Below, piece by piece: positions 1-9,491 of a DNA stretch of 40,044 bases. The position numbers were made by a program, and so were the translations under genes. The notes beneath the pieces are model-generated. The model had not been told where the DNA came from. It saw nothing but the letters and a program-made list of their open reading frames with translations, and ran no database searches. Source of the DNA: Spirochaetales bacterium (GTDB lineage: Bacteria > Spirochaetota > Spirochaetia > JABEVK01); NCBI GenBank assembly GCA_027451385.1, contig DAIDJJ010000005.1:1-40044 (forward strand), given 5' to 3'. The stretch's first letter is position 1. Every line of letters begins with the position of its first letter.

Positions 1-246
1 GCCATCGAGATCATCGACGGCTTAGAGCCTGAACCTCGCCGCTTTTATGCTGGTGTCGTGGGTCACCTGTCGCCCAGCGGCAATCTGGACACTTGTATCG
101 CTATCCGCAGTGCCTTGAAACAAGGCGACACGATGATTCTGCAAGCCGGCGCTGGTATCGTTTACGACTCCCAGGCAGACAGAGAACTCGAAGAAACCAA
201 CGAAAAGATGCGAGCCCTGGCGCGAAGCCTGGGTTTGGAGGTGTGA
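1..246 (+). CDS. trpE: Anthranilate synthase component I, C-terminal part (truncated by window start)
   Basis: Frame 1 is open from base 1: AIEIIDGLEPEPRRFYAGVVG...LDTCIAIRS...QAGAGIVYDS...EETNEK, the chorismate-binding C-terminus; directly upstream of trpGD. Confidence 0.93.
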   Translation, partial: AIEIIDGLEPEPRRFYAGVVGHLSPSGNLDTCIAIRSALKQGDTMILQAGAGIVYDSQADRELEETNEKMRALARSLGLEV

Positions 247-247
247 A

Positions 248-1852
248 ATGATTCTTTTACTCGATAACTACGATTCGTTCACCTACAACATATACCAGTA
301 CTTGTGTGAAATTACCGACGAAGAAATTAAGGTCGTGCGAAATGACCAAACGACGGTCGAGGCCCTTCGCCGGATGAATCCTAAGGCGATTATTCTCTCT
401 CCCGGCCCAGGAAGACCCGAGGAAGCCGGTTGTATGATCGACGTGATTCGTTCGTTTTCGGGAACGGTACCTCTGTTAGGCATCTGTTTGGGGCACCAAG
501 CCATCGGTTATGCCTTTGGGGCCAAGATCATCGGTGCTAAAGAAATTGTTCACGGCAAAACCCAACCCATTAGCGTCGACGGGAAGGGGCTGTTCCGCTC
601 CATTCCCACACCCTCTGTTTTTACCCGCTATCACAGCCTCGTCATCGACCGCGACACTCTACCCGATACGCTGGAAGTGACCGCTACCAGCCCCGATGGC
701 GAAATTATGGGGGTGCGACACAAAACCCTTCCTATTGAAGGCGTTCAATTTCACCCCGAATCGATCGCCAGCGAACACGGCAAGCGCTTATTAAAAAACT
801 TTCTTAATTACCGGCGTGAAAGTTTTGAGTTCCAACCCCTTGTCCGCAAGGTCATGGCAAAAAAAGACTTAAGCCAAGCCGAAGCCGAAGCCTTCATGGA
901 AGAGCTTACCGAAGGCAACTTGAGTCCCGCGCAAATCGCCGCCATTTTTGTGGGCCTTAGTTTAAAAGGAATTCACCCAGAAGAAGTTGCCGGGTGTGCC
1001 GCCGTCTTACAACGTAAGCGAACCCCCTTTCCCAGTTCGGTAGCTGGGACCTACCTCGACATCGTGGGCACGGGAGGGGACGAACAGGGAACCTTCAATA
1101 TCTCGTCCATGGCAGCCTTGACAGCCGCCGCGTGCGGAGCCCGAGTCGCCAAGCACGGCAATAGAGCTGTGAGTTCGCGTTCTGGAGCGGCAGACTTCTA
1201 TGGGGCCTTAGGCCTCAAGATTGACCTAAAACCAGAACAAGCTGTGCAAGTTCTTGAAAAAACCGGCTTTACGTTTTTGTTTGCTCCCGTCTACCACGGG
1301 GCGATGAAATTTGCCGGCCCTGTCCGTAAAGAGCTAGGGGTCAAAACGATCATGAACCTCCTGGGTCCCTTGGTGAACCCGGCCGGCGCTAACCGGCAAC
1401 TCATCGGAGTCTACGAAGAAAGCCTAGGTCCCCTCCTTGCTCGGGCAGCCCGGTTGTTGGGTGTCGAAGATGCGCTGATTGTGTATGGTACAGACGGGTT
1501 AGACGAAATCTCTGTCGGAGCCGTCACCAAGACCTGGCGCTTTCAGGGCAGTGAACTGGTAGAAACTGTACTGGACCCCGCCTCGGTGGGGATCGAAGGA
1601 CGCACCCTCGCGGACTTACGAGGGGGAACGGCACCCGAAAACGCCGAATTGGCCCTTGAGCTTGCCCAAGGCGCGGGTCGCCCTGCCTTACGCGAAGCGG
1701 TCTGCTTTAACGCAGGGGCAGCGCTTCACCTTGCAGGTCTGGCCGAAACCGTAGAAGAGGGCTACCATCAAGCGGCTGCAGCTTTTGCGGACGGCAGAGT
1801 TGCCGCCAAAATCGCCCAAGTCCGTGCGGCAACGCTGGCCTTTTCAGAATAA
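248..1852 (+). CDS. trpGD: Fused anthranilate synthase component II / anthranilate phosphoribosyltransferase
   Basis: N-terminal GATase motifs DNYDSFTYN, SPGPG, GICLGHQ, QFHPES; C-terminal TrpD motifs DIVGTGGD, FNISS, KHGNR, GLDE. Confidence 0.95.
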   Translation: MILLLDNYDSFTYNIYQYLCEITDEEIKVVRNDQTTVEALRRMNPKAIILSPGPGRPEEAGCMIDVIRSFSGTVPLLGICLGHQAIGYAFGAKIIGAKEIVHGKTQPISVDGKGLFRSIPTPSVFTRYHSLVIDRDTLPDTLEVTATSPDGEIMGVRHKTLPIEGVQFHPESIASEHGKRLLKNFLNYRRESFEFQPLVRKVMAKKDLSQAEAEAFMEELTEGNLSPAQIAAIFVGLSLKGIHPEEVAGCAAVLQRKRTPFPSSVAGTYLDIVGTGGDEQGTFNISSMAALTAAACGARVAKHGNRAVSSRSGAADFYGALGLKIDLKPEQAVQVLEKTGFTFLFAPVYHGAMKFAGPVRKELGVKTIMNLLGPLVNPAGANRQLIGVYEESLGPLLARAARLLGVEDALIVYGTDGLDEISVGAVTKTWRFQGSELVETVLDPASVGIEGRTLADLRGGTAPENAELALELAQGAGRPALREAVCFNAGAALHLAGLAETVEEGYHQAAAAFADGRVAAKIAQVRAATLAFSE

Positions 1853-1891
1853 GACAACGTATTTTCACTGTAATAGTCTTAAGGAGGACAT

Positions 1892-2428
1892 ATGACCGCT
1901 TTAGCGATTCTTAAAAAATGGGTTGACTACAACGAACAGGTTAACCGCGAGGTCGAAAAACTCTTCGCACCCCTGGCAACAGGAAGCTCCCCACGCTGGG
2001 AGACTCCTGTCGGTTCCTTTTTTAAATCGGCCAAAGGGGTGCTGAACCATATCGCCTCGTCTGACCTGGCTTGGCTTCGCCGTTTTGCTGACAATGGTTT
2101 GGCCCCCAGCTTGAAAGATCTGGTCACTGGCTTACCCGAAACCGGTATCGGCAAGACTCTCTTCACCACGTGGGAGGAATACGTTACCTTGCGCCACACC
2201 TTGGACAAAGCGTGGAAAGTGTTCGCCGACGAAGTTCCCGAAGCCCGTTTGGAAGAAAACTTTACCTACACCAACTTTCAAGGGAAAAGCGTCACAGCCC
2301 CCTGGGTGGGACTTATTCTGCACCTTTTGAACCACCAAACCCATCACCGTGGTGCCCTAAGCCAGATTCTGGACGAATGGGGAATCGACAACGACTACTC
2401 GGGTATGACCCGAGTTTGGATGCTGTAA
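1892..2428 (+). CDS. DinB/YfiT-family protein
   Basis: LNHI..D..WL and HLLNHQTHHRG..SQ motifs; AAGGAGG RBS upstream. Confidence 0.85.
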   Translation: MTALAILKKWVDYNEQVNREVEKLFAPLATGSSPRWETPVGSFFKSAKGVLNHIASSDLAWLRRFADNGLAPSLKDLVTGLPETGIGKTLFTTWEEYVTLRHTLDKAWKVFADEVPEARLEENFTYTNFQGKSVTAPWVGLILHLLNHQTHHRGALSQILDEWGIDNDYSGMTRVWML

Positions 2429-2459
2429 CAACAGCTCGTCCACAACAAGGAGGAACAGC

Positions 2460-3914
2460 GTGACGGACATCAAACGCGACATCGTCGCCAAGCGGCTGGA
2501 CCGCATTTCTCGCGAGGGCTACACTCTTGGTCACGCGGTCCCGGCGGCTCGTACCGTCCCGTTGGTTCCCTTTGATCGAACTCCCTTTGTCATCTGCGAA
2601 GTCAAACGCCGTAGTCCCAGCCGTGGGGACATTCACGCTGGACTGAATGCGGTGGCCCAAGCCCGACACTATGTCGAAGCCGGGATTCAGACCATTTCGG
2701 TTCTGACAGAAGAAGATTATTTTTCAGGCTCCTTGCAGGACCTCATGGAGGTCAAAGCCGCCTTTCCCCACATCGCCGTGTTGCGCAAGGACTTTTTAAC
2801 TGCCCCCGAAGACCTCGAAGTTTCGTACCGGGCGGGTGCCGACGCGGTGTTGCTCATTGCGTCTCTGTTACCAGCCCCGGAACTCGCGGCGCTGAAAGCC
2901 TACGCTGAGACCTTAGGGCTGGCAGTCTTTGTTGAAGTCCATGATCAAGAAGATATTGCCCGGGCTCGCCCCCTCAAACCGGCGTTTACAGGAATCAACT
3001 GCCGCAATTTGGGGGATTTCACCTTAGATCGGGCCATTCCTCTCAAGGTGCGACCTTTTATCGATTGGAAAACCAAGCTTGTCTTTGAGTCGGGGATTTT
3101 TCGTCCCGAAGAGGCGGATTGGTGCGCTCAGGCCGGGTTTCAAGGACTTTTGGTGGGGGAAGGTGCCGTGCGGGAACCCCGACTGGCTAGTCAGCTGGTC
3201 AAGACGTTTTCTCCGCCCTCGGCACACCACCCTGCCGAACAGCCGTCCTTTTGGGCTCGCTTATACGCCAAGTCTCGACCTGGTCGTCCCTTGGTCAAAA
3301 TTTGCGGCTTAGCCCACCGTCAGGACGTCGAGCTAGCCGATGAGTTGGGTGCTGACATCCTGGGGTTTATTTTGGCCCCCTCACCCCGGCGTGTGGAACC
3401 TGGTTTTATTCGCACGCTCACGACCCGTGCCCTTAAAGTCGGTGTTGTTGTCCTGGGTCAGCACGAACCTTTACCCGAAGAGGTTCGCGACTTACTGGAC
3501 GAAGGTATCCTGGATGCGGTGCAGTTCCACGGCCAAGAACCTCCCGCCTTGGTGGATACTTGGGCAACCCGGGGGTACAAAGCGGTGGGCGCCGACACCC
3601 CGGCGGCCTTTACCCCTTACCTTAACGGGGTTGCGCCTCGCCTTCTCGCCGACGCCTTTGCCAAGGATTCCGAAGGCCGCCTCCTGACTGGGGGTACCGG
3701 ACAAAGAATCCCAGACGATGTTCTGGCAGCCTTGGGACCACGCCCCCTATGGCTAGCAGGCGGTTTAGGACCAGACAACATCGCGACGGTCATTCGCACC
3801 TGGAAACCCGAACTCGTGGATGCCTCTAGCCGCTTAGAAGTTTCCCCCGGTCATAAGGACCCCGTCAAACTACGACAGTACTTTCAGGAGATCGACTATG
3901 CCTGTATTCAATGA
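2460..3914 (+). CDS. trpCF: Fused indole-3-glycerol phosphate synthase / phosphoribosylanthranilate isomerase
   Basis: TrpC motifs EVKRRSPSRG, ISVLTE..YFSGS, LRKDF, ESGI; TrpF motifs VKICGL, QFHG.E, GGTG, LAGGL.PDN, DASSRLE. Confidence 0.93.
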   Translation: MTDIKRDIVAKRLDRISREGYTLGHAVPAARTVPLVPFDRTPFVICEVKRRSPSRGDIHAGLNAVAQARHYVEAGIQTISVLTEEDYFSGSLQDLMEVKAAFPHIAVLRKDFLTAPEDLEVSYRAGADAVLLIASLLPAPELAALKAYAETLGLAVFVEVHDQEDIARARPLKPAFTGINCRNLGDFTLDRAIPLKVRPFIDWKTKLVFESGIFRPEEADWCAQAGFQGLLVGEGAVREPRLASQLVKTFSPPSAHHPAEQPSFWARLYAKSRPGRPLVKICGLAHRQDVELADELGADILGFILAPSPRRVEPGFIRTLTTRALKVGVVVLGQHEPLPEEVRDLLDEGILDAVQFHGQEPPALVDTWATRGYKAVGADTPAAFTPYLNGVAPRLLADAFAKDSEGRLLTGGTGQRIPDDVLAALGPRPLWLAGGLGPDNIATVIRTWKPELVDASSRLEVSPGHKDPVKLRQYFQEIDYACIQ

Positions 3915-5118
3915 TTTTTTTGGACAGTTCGGAGGGCGGTATGTCGCCGAAGTCTTACGAGCCCCTCTGAAGGAATTAGAGGACGCTTTTGTTGCGGCCA
4001 TGGCCGACCCTGACTTTTTGAAAGAGTTTTCTCAAATTCAAAAAGAGTATATTGGCCGCCCCACCCCGCTTCTCCCTGCCCGCAATGCCTCGAAGCTGTT
4101 GGGAGGAGCTCAAATCTACATCAAGTTGGAAGGTCTTGCGAACACTGGTGCCCATAAGATCAACAATGCCGTGGGTCAGGTGCTCCTGGCCCGCCGAATG
4201 GGAAAAACCCGTATCATTGCCGAAACCGGTGCCGGACAACACGGCGTCGCCACGGCGGCTGTTTGTGCGAAATTTGGTTTACCTTGTCGGATTTATATGG
4301 GTGAAGTTGACATACGCCGCCAACGCCCCAATGTCTTTTTGATGGAACTGTATGGAGCAGAGGTGGTCAGCGTTAAAAGCGGATCCCAAACCCTCAAGGA
4401 CGCTGTCAACGAAGCTCTGCGCGATTGGTCGGGCAGCTTTCCCAACACCCACTACCTTTTGGGTAGTGCTCTAGGCCCCTCGCCCTTTCCCGATATGGTA
4501 CGCGAGTTTCAAGCCGTCATCGGCCGCGAAGTCGCCCAGCAGACCCAGAACCTCAACGTCGCGGCCATGATCGCTTGCGTGGGAGGTGGTTCCAACTCCA
4601 TCGGCTTCTTTGAACCCTTCCTCGATAAACCCCAGCCGAGATTGATTGGCGTCGAAGCCGGCGGCAGGGGGCAAGGTCACGGCCAGAACGCCGTCCGCAT
4701 GAACGGAGAAGGTCGTCCCGGTATCGTGCAAGGCTACAAGAGCTTTTTCCTCTTGGATGAAGATGGGCAAGTTCAGGAAACTCATTCGGTATCAGCCGGT
4801 CTCGACTACGCCGGAATCGGTCCCCAGCTAGCAGCTTTAGGGCAAGCGGGCCGTATCGAGTTTACCTCGGCCACAGATACCGAGGTTCTTGAAGCCGTGA
4901 AGTTTTTTGCTCGACATGAAGGTGTGGTTTTTGCCTTGGAGTCCGCTCATGCGGGAGCGGCGGCTCTTAAACTCGCCCCTACGCTGCCCCGTGATCAAGC
5001 CGTGATCGTGAACATGTCCGGACGAGGCGACAAGGACATCTTTATCAGTGCCAAACACATTAACCCCGAACCCTGGTTCCAGTTCTTAAAAGACGAGGTA
5101 AAACGCCATGAAAGTTAA
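3898..5118 (+). CDS. trpB: Tryptophan synthase beta chain
   Basis: TGAHKINN (PLP lysine), AETGAGQHG, CVGGGSN, SAGLDY, SGRGDKD. Confidence 0.97.
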   Translation: MPVFNDFFGQFGGRYVAEVLRAPLKELEDAFVAAMADPDFLKEFSQIQKEYIGRPTPLLPARNASKLLGGAQIYIKLEGLANTGAHKINNAVGQVLLARRMGKTRIIAETGAGQHGVATAAVCAKFGLPCRIYMGEVDIRRQRPNVFLMELYGAEVVSVKSGSQTLKDAVNEALRDWSGSFPNTHYLLGSALGPSPFPDMVREFQAVIGREVAQQTQNLNVAAMIACVGGGSNSIGFFEPFLDKPQPRLIGVEAGGRGQGHGQNAVRMNGEGRPGIVQGYKSFFLLDEDGQVQETHSVSAGLDYAGIGPQLAALGQAGRIEFTSATDTEVLEAVKFFARHEGVVFALESAHAGAAALKLAPTLPRDQAVIVNMSGRGDKDIFISAKHINPEPWFQFLKDEVKRHES

Positions 5119-5872
5119 ACTGATGGCCCATCTGGTGGCCGGTTACCCCACACAGAAGGCGAGCCTCGAAGCGGCTAGAGCCCTGGCCCGAGGCGGAGCC
5201 ACATATCTCGAAGTACAGTTTCCATTTTCGGACCCCAGCGCCGATGGACCGGCGATCCAAGCCGCTTGTACACAAGCCTTAGCGGCGGGCTTTAAGGTCA
5301 GCAAAGGCTGGGAGCTCGTCTCGACCCTTCGGCAAGAGTTCCCCAACCTTCCTGTCTTTGTGATGAGTTACGCCAGCATCGTCATCGCTCGAGGAGTCAA
5401 AGCTTTTGTGGACGAAGCCGCACGACAGGGCGTGGGGTTGATCATTCCCGATTTAATCCCAGGGGCCGATGAGGGACTTTTTGAGGCCGGTCGTTTGGCA
5501 GGAGTCCCGATTGTTCCTGTTATCGTTCCCACAGTTTCAAAAGAAAGACTTCAAGACCTGTTGGCCTTAAAACCCGAGTGGGTGTATACGGCCATCCGCA
5601 CGGGGATAACGGGGGTGCACACCACTCTGACTCCCGATTTGGAGTTCTTTTTAGCCGGCTTGCGAGATCAAACCAAAGTCCTAGCCGGGTTTGGCATTGA
5701 TAGCCCCGAACAAGTCAGGTCCCTCGCCTCCTTTGCCCATGCGGTAGTGGTCGGCAGTGCCTTTGTCCGGTCGATCGCTAAGGCTTGGAACGAAGCTATC
5801 CCCGAGGAACGCCGTCTCGAAGAGTTGTCCTCAAGCTTAACAAAACAGGCGACAAGCCTTTCAGAAGTCTGA
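5108..5872 (+). CDS. trpA: Tryptophan synthase alpha chain
   Basis: EVQFPFSDPSADGPAIQ, GITG, GFGI, VVGSA; overlaps the end of trpB. Confidence 0.95.
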   Translation: MKVKLMAHLVAGYPTQKASLEAARALARGGATYLEVQFPFSDPSADGPAIQAACTQALAAGFKVSKGWELVSTLRQEFPNLPVFVMSYASIVIARGVKAFVDEAARQGVGLIIPDLIPGADEGLFEAGRLAGVPIVPVIVPTVSKERLQDLLALKPEWVYTAIRTGITGVHTTLTPDLEFFLAGLRDQTKVLAGFGIDSPEQVRSLASFAHAVVVGSAFVRSIAKAWNEAIPEERRLEELSSSLTKQATSLSEV

Positions 5873-5969
5873 GCCAGACCGTTAATATTCTGAACCAGAC
5901 TGTTAACGGTCCCAAGCTCGCCAAGCTTGGCCGTTGACTTCCTGAGCAACTTTGTCGATTATCTGGATC

Positions 5970-6863
5970 ATGGATATCCTCCGTGTCGAGAATTTGACGA
6001 AAGTGTACGGCTCATTGACGGCCGTGGACCACCTGTCGTTTGGTATCCCTCAGGGGATTTGTTTTGGACTGTTAGGCCCTAACGGAGCTGGCAAAACTAC
6101 GACCATTGAAATGATGGAGGGCATTCTAACGCCCACCTCGGGCCAAATATTATTCCGGGACCAACCCATCGGGCCCAAGTTCCGCGAAAAAGTCGGTATT
6201 CAATTTCAATCGACGGCCTTACCCGAGTTCATCACGGTCAAAGAAACCATCGAACTTTTTTCGGCTTTTTACCCCAATCCTCGCCCCTTGGCCGAGCTGA
6301 TTGAGTTGTGTAGTTTGTCGGATATTCTTCATCGCGATAATCAAAAGCTCTCGGGTGGGCAACGTCAGCGTATGCTCTTGGCTTTAGCAGTGATTCCTCA
6401 CCCCGAAGTAGTGTTTCTCGATGAACCGACGACGGGTCTAGACCCGCAAGCGCGACGGCACTTTTGGAACTTAGTACATCGGATCAAAGCCGAAGGAACG
6501 ACCATCATTTTGACGACGCATTACATGGACGAAGCTGAACTGCTGTGCGACGAAATTGCCATTATGGACCACGGGGTGATTTTGGAACGCGACACTCCGG
6601 CTCAGCTTCTTCAGCACCACTTTGCCGGGGCCTTAGTCAAAATTCCCCAGGAGTCGGCGACCAACCCCCTGGAATTGCAAAAGCTGTCCTGTTGTCACGA
6701 CTTAGAAATTCGTTCCGGACAAATCGAGATCGAAACCTCTGACTTGGATGGCACCATCCGCAGTTTATTGGAAGCGAAAATCGATTTGACCCGTCTTTCG
6801 GTTCACAAACCCGACCTTGAGGACCTGTTCCTCAAATTAACAGGGAAATTTTTACGATCCTGA
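5970..6863 (+). CDS. ABC-2 type exporter ATP-binding subunit
   Basis: Walker A GPNGAGKTT, LSGGQ signature, Walker B FLDEPTTGLD; ATG at 5970 preferred over TTG at 5952. Confidence 0.92.
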   Translation: MDILRVENLTKVYGSLTAVDHLSFGIPQGICFGLLGPNGAGKTTTIEMMEGILTPTSGQILFRDQPIGPKFREKVGIQFQSTALPEFITVKETIELFSAFYPNPRPLAELIELCSLSDILHRDNQKLSGGQRQRMLLALAVIPHPEVVFLDEPTTGLDPQARRHFWNLVHRIKAEGTTIILTTHYMDEAELLCDEIAIMDHGVILERDTPAQLLQHHFAGALVKIPQESATNPLELQKLSCCHDLEIRSGQIEIETSDLDGTIRSLLEAKIDLTRLSVHKPDLEDLFLKLTGKFLRS

Positions 6864-6876
6864 AGGGAGAGGCCCC

Positions 6877-7902
6877 ATGTTCCGCCAATTTCTCGCCATC
6901 TTTCGTGCCCGTTCTATGGAATTTCTCCGCGACCGAGGGACGTTCTTTTGGAACCTTTTATTCCCCATCGTCCTCGTCGCTGGTTTTGCGCTAGCCTTTG
7001 GCCAGCCTGATGAAAAGGTCTTTAAGGTTGGCATCATCGGCCCCATCACAGGGGCGCCTGCCATCCTGTCCTCGCCGCAATTTCAACAGGTAGCCTACCC
7101 GGCAAGCCAAGAACAAGAGGCTTTAAAGAAACTACGCCAGCACCAACTGGATTTGGCTGTTGATCCAGCCCAACACCGTTACTGGATGAACTCCGAATCA
7201 GGCAAGAGCATTCTCGCGGAACGATTGCTCGCCGATGAGTTAAAGCTCGCGTCAGCTTCTGTATCGGCTCAAGACTGGGCCAAAGGAGCGGTCACTGGTA
7301 AACCCATTCGCTATGTCGATTGGGCGGTACCCGGTGTTATTTCGATGAACATGCTGTTCAGCTGTCTCTTTGGGGTGGGGTATGTCTTGGTACGGTACCG
7401 TAAAAACGGAGTTCTGAAACGGCTTAAAGCTACCCCGGTTTCTGCTCTGACGTTTTTAGTGGCCCAAGCTGTCAGCCGGTTAGTCATTGTTTTGGGCACT
7501 GTTGTCGTGGTCTACGCCGGTACCGATATTTTTCTTCACTTCACTATGAATGGCAGTTACCTGGATCTCTTGCTTGTGACGGTTTTGGGGATTGTCTGTT
7601 TGATCTCGCTAGGACTGGTATTTGCCGCCCGCTTTCGTAGCGAAGAACTGGCAAATGGCCTGATGAACCTGTTGACCTTCCCGATGATTGTCTTTTCAGG
7701 CGTATTCTTCTCGTTGGAGGGGGCCCCTGCTCCCCTGCGAGCCGCAGCAGAGATCTTTCCGTTGACACACTTAATCCATGCCGAGCGGCAAATCATGCTC
7801 AACGGGGCCGGACTATTACAAATCGCGCCGGATCTTGGGGCTTTAGCCCTTATGACGGTGATCTTCTTAGCTGTAGCCGCCTGGCTTTTTAAATGGGAGT
7901 AG
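6877..7902 (+). CDS. ABC-2 type exporter permease
   Basis: Multiple TM segments, YRKNGVLKRLKATP, FSGVFF, FPLTH; follows the ATPase. Confidence 0.9.
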   Translation: MFRQFLAIFRARSMEFLRDRGTFFWNLLFPIVLVAGFALAFGQPDEKVFKVGIIGPITGAPAILSSPQFQQVAYPASQEQEALKKLRQHQLDLAVDPAQHRYWMNSESGKSILAERLLADELKLASASVSAQDWAKGAVTGKPIRYVDWAVPGVISMNMLFSCLFGVGYVLVRYRKNGVLKRLKATPVSALTFLVAQAVSRLVIVLGTVVVVYAGTDIFLHFTMNGSYLDLLLVTVLGIVCLISLGLVFAARFRSEELANGLMNLLTFPMIVFSGVFFSLEGAPAPLRAAAEIFPLTHLIHAERQIMLNGAGLLQIAPDLGALALMTVIFLAVAAWLFKWE

Positions 7903-7917
7903 CCTAGACTTCTTTTC

Positions 7918-9477
7918 ATGGCCGTGGACATGATATTAGCCGCTTCGCTTGGCCTAGCGGCTTTTTTTTCTTTATTTATTTTAGAGGCTTTATCTAAAAA
8001 AGCGTTCCACCTCATTCTCTTTGCCATCGGCTTCGGGACTGGAACCTTGGGCTTTGTCCTTTTAAGTTATCAAGCAGATTTACCGGCTTGGCTGGGCTTG
8101 GGTGTTGCCAACCTTTTGGTACTTTTCTTTCAACTGACCATTTCGTGGGGGTTGCGTGCGTGGGCCGGATTAGGACGTACGTGGATCGTTCGCTACACTT
8201 TGATTTTTAGTATAGCGGCGGTGGTTCTCATCGCAGGCATCGTGGCTCAAAACATTGCCGTGCGGGTGTTTTCCATGTCAGTTCCCGTTATTGCTATCAT
8301 GCTGGGCATCATACGAGATTTACGACTTCGTAAACGACTGATCTCGCCCAGTGTGATCATCGCTTTAAATATTCTATCTTTCACAACTATTCTATTTCAC
8401 CTGTCCAGAATCGGGCAACTGTCAGGTCTTTTAGGCAATATTTCTACTTTTCATCCTTTTAGCGAGCTTTCTGCGATGGCAATTCTGATTTTAACACTCC
8501 TTTGGGGAGGAGTTCTTTTGATTGCCGACGCCGATGCCCTCTACCTGGAACTCTACCGTTCCAATCAACTGATGACCAAGCATGCCACTACAGACGCCCT
8601 GACGGGGTTAGGAAATCGCCGGGCGTTGGAAGACCGAGCCCAGTACGAGATCAATCGGGCTGGACGCTTCGGTTCCCCCCTCAGCGGCATTCTCATAGAT
8701 ATCGATCATTTTAAGGAACTCAATGATGAGTTAGGGCACCTCAAGGGGGATGAAGTGCTTAAAGAGGTTACCGAAGCCATTTCCACTTGTCTGAGGTCGA
8801 CGGACCAGCTCTACCGGTGGGGCGGTGAAGAATTCTTTGTCATTGCGCCCGAGACGCCCCAAACTGGAGCCCGCAATCTTGCCGAAAAGATCCGCCGACG
8901 TGTAGAAAATCTTGTCAGCTGTACTAAGCGGCCCGTGACTGTCAGTCTAGGTGTTGCCTTGTGGGAACGGCTCCAAGACCTGCCCCTGTGGTTAGAAAGA
9001 GCCGACAAAGCCTTGTACATAGCCAAAAATCGCGGTCGTAATCGGGTCGCCGTGGATACCCCACCCCGATCTTCGTGGATAGCCAATAAAATGAATTGGC
9101 ACGCGGAATGGAACTCCGGCAACCCTATCATTGACGAAGAGCATCAGCACCTCATCACATCAGCTGACCAGATCCGTACTCTAGCCTTGCAAGAAGAAAC
9201 CCAAGAACAGATCATTCAAATTTTCGAAGAGATCCTTGCCGATGCCAAGAGGCATTTTCAAGATGAAGAAGTGATCATGCACGACAAAGCTTATCCCGAA
9301 TTGCCACAACATGCCGAAATCCACCGCCGTCTTTTGTTAAAGGCGGAAGAGGTGCGACAAAACTTGAAGTCTGGCCATGCTGGTCCCCTCGATGCCTACA
9401 CATTTTTGATGTCAGAACTTCTTGTTGGCCATTTTATCACTGTGGATACACGGTTCTTCCCTTACCTCAAGTCTTAA
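7918..9477 (+). CDS. Membrane-anchored diguanylate cyclase with C-terminal bacteriohemerythrin domain
   Basis: Hydrophobic multi-TM N-terminus; D.LTGL.NRR, DIDHFK..ND..GH..GD, R..D I-site, RWGGEEF; C-terminal IDEEH, HFQDEE..M, H...H, H....D. Confidence 0.9.
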   Translation: MAVDMILAASLGLAAFFSLFILEALSKKAFHLILFAIGFGTGTLGFVLLSYQADLPAWLGLGVANLLVLFFQLTISWGLRAWAGLGRTWIVRYTLIFSIAAVVLIAGIVAQNIAVRVFSMSVPVIAIMLGIIRDLRLRKRLISPSVIIALNILSFTTILFHLSRIGQLSGLLGNISTFHPFSELSAMAILILTLLWGGVLLIADADALYLELYRSNQLMTKHATTDALTGLGNRRALEDRAQYEINRAGRFGSPLSGILIDIDHFKELNDELGHLKGDEVLKEVTEAISTCLRSTDQLYRWGGEEFFVIAPETPQTGARNLAEKIRRRVENLVSCTKRPVTVSLGVALWERLQDLPLWLERADKALYIAKNRGRNRVAVDTPPRSSWIANKMNWHAEWNSGNPIIDEEHQHLITSADQIRTLALQEETQEQIIQIFEEILADAKRHFQDEEVIMHDKAYPELPQHAEIHRRLLLKAEEVRQNLKSGHAGPLDAYTFLMSELLVGHFITVDTRFFPYLKS

Positions 9478-9491
9478 ATTCAATCTCAATT

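Noticed and set aside
248-3914. trpGD and trpCF fusions as a novelty
   Set aside because: Both fusions are well known in bacteria
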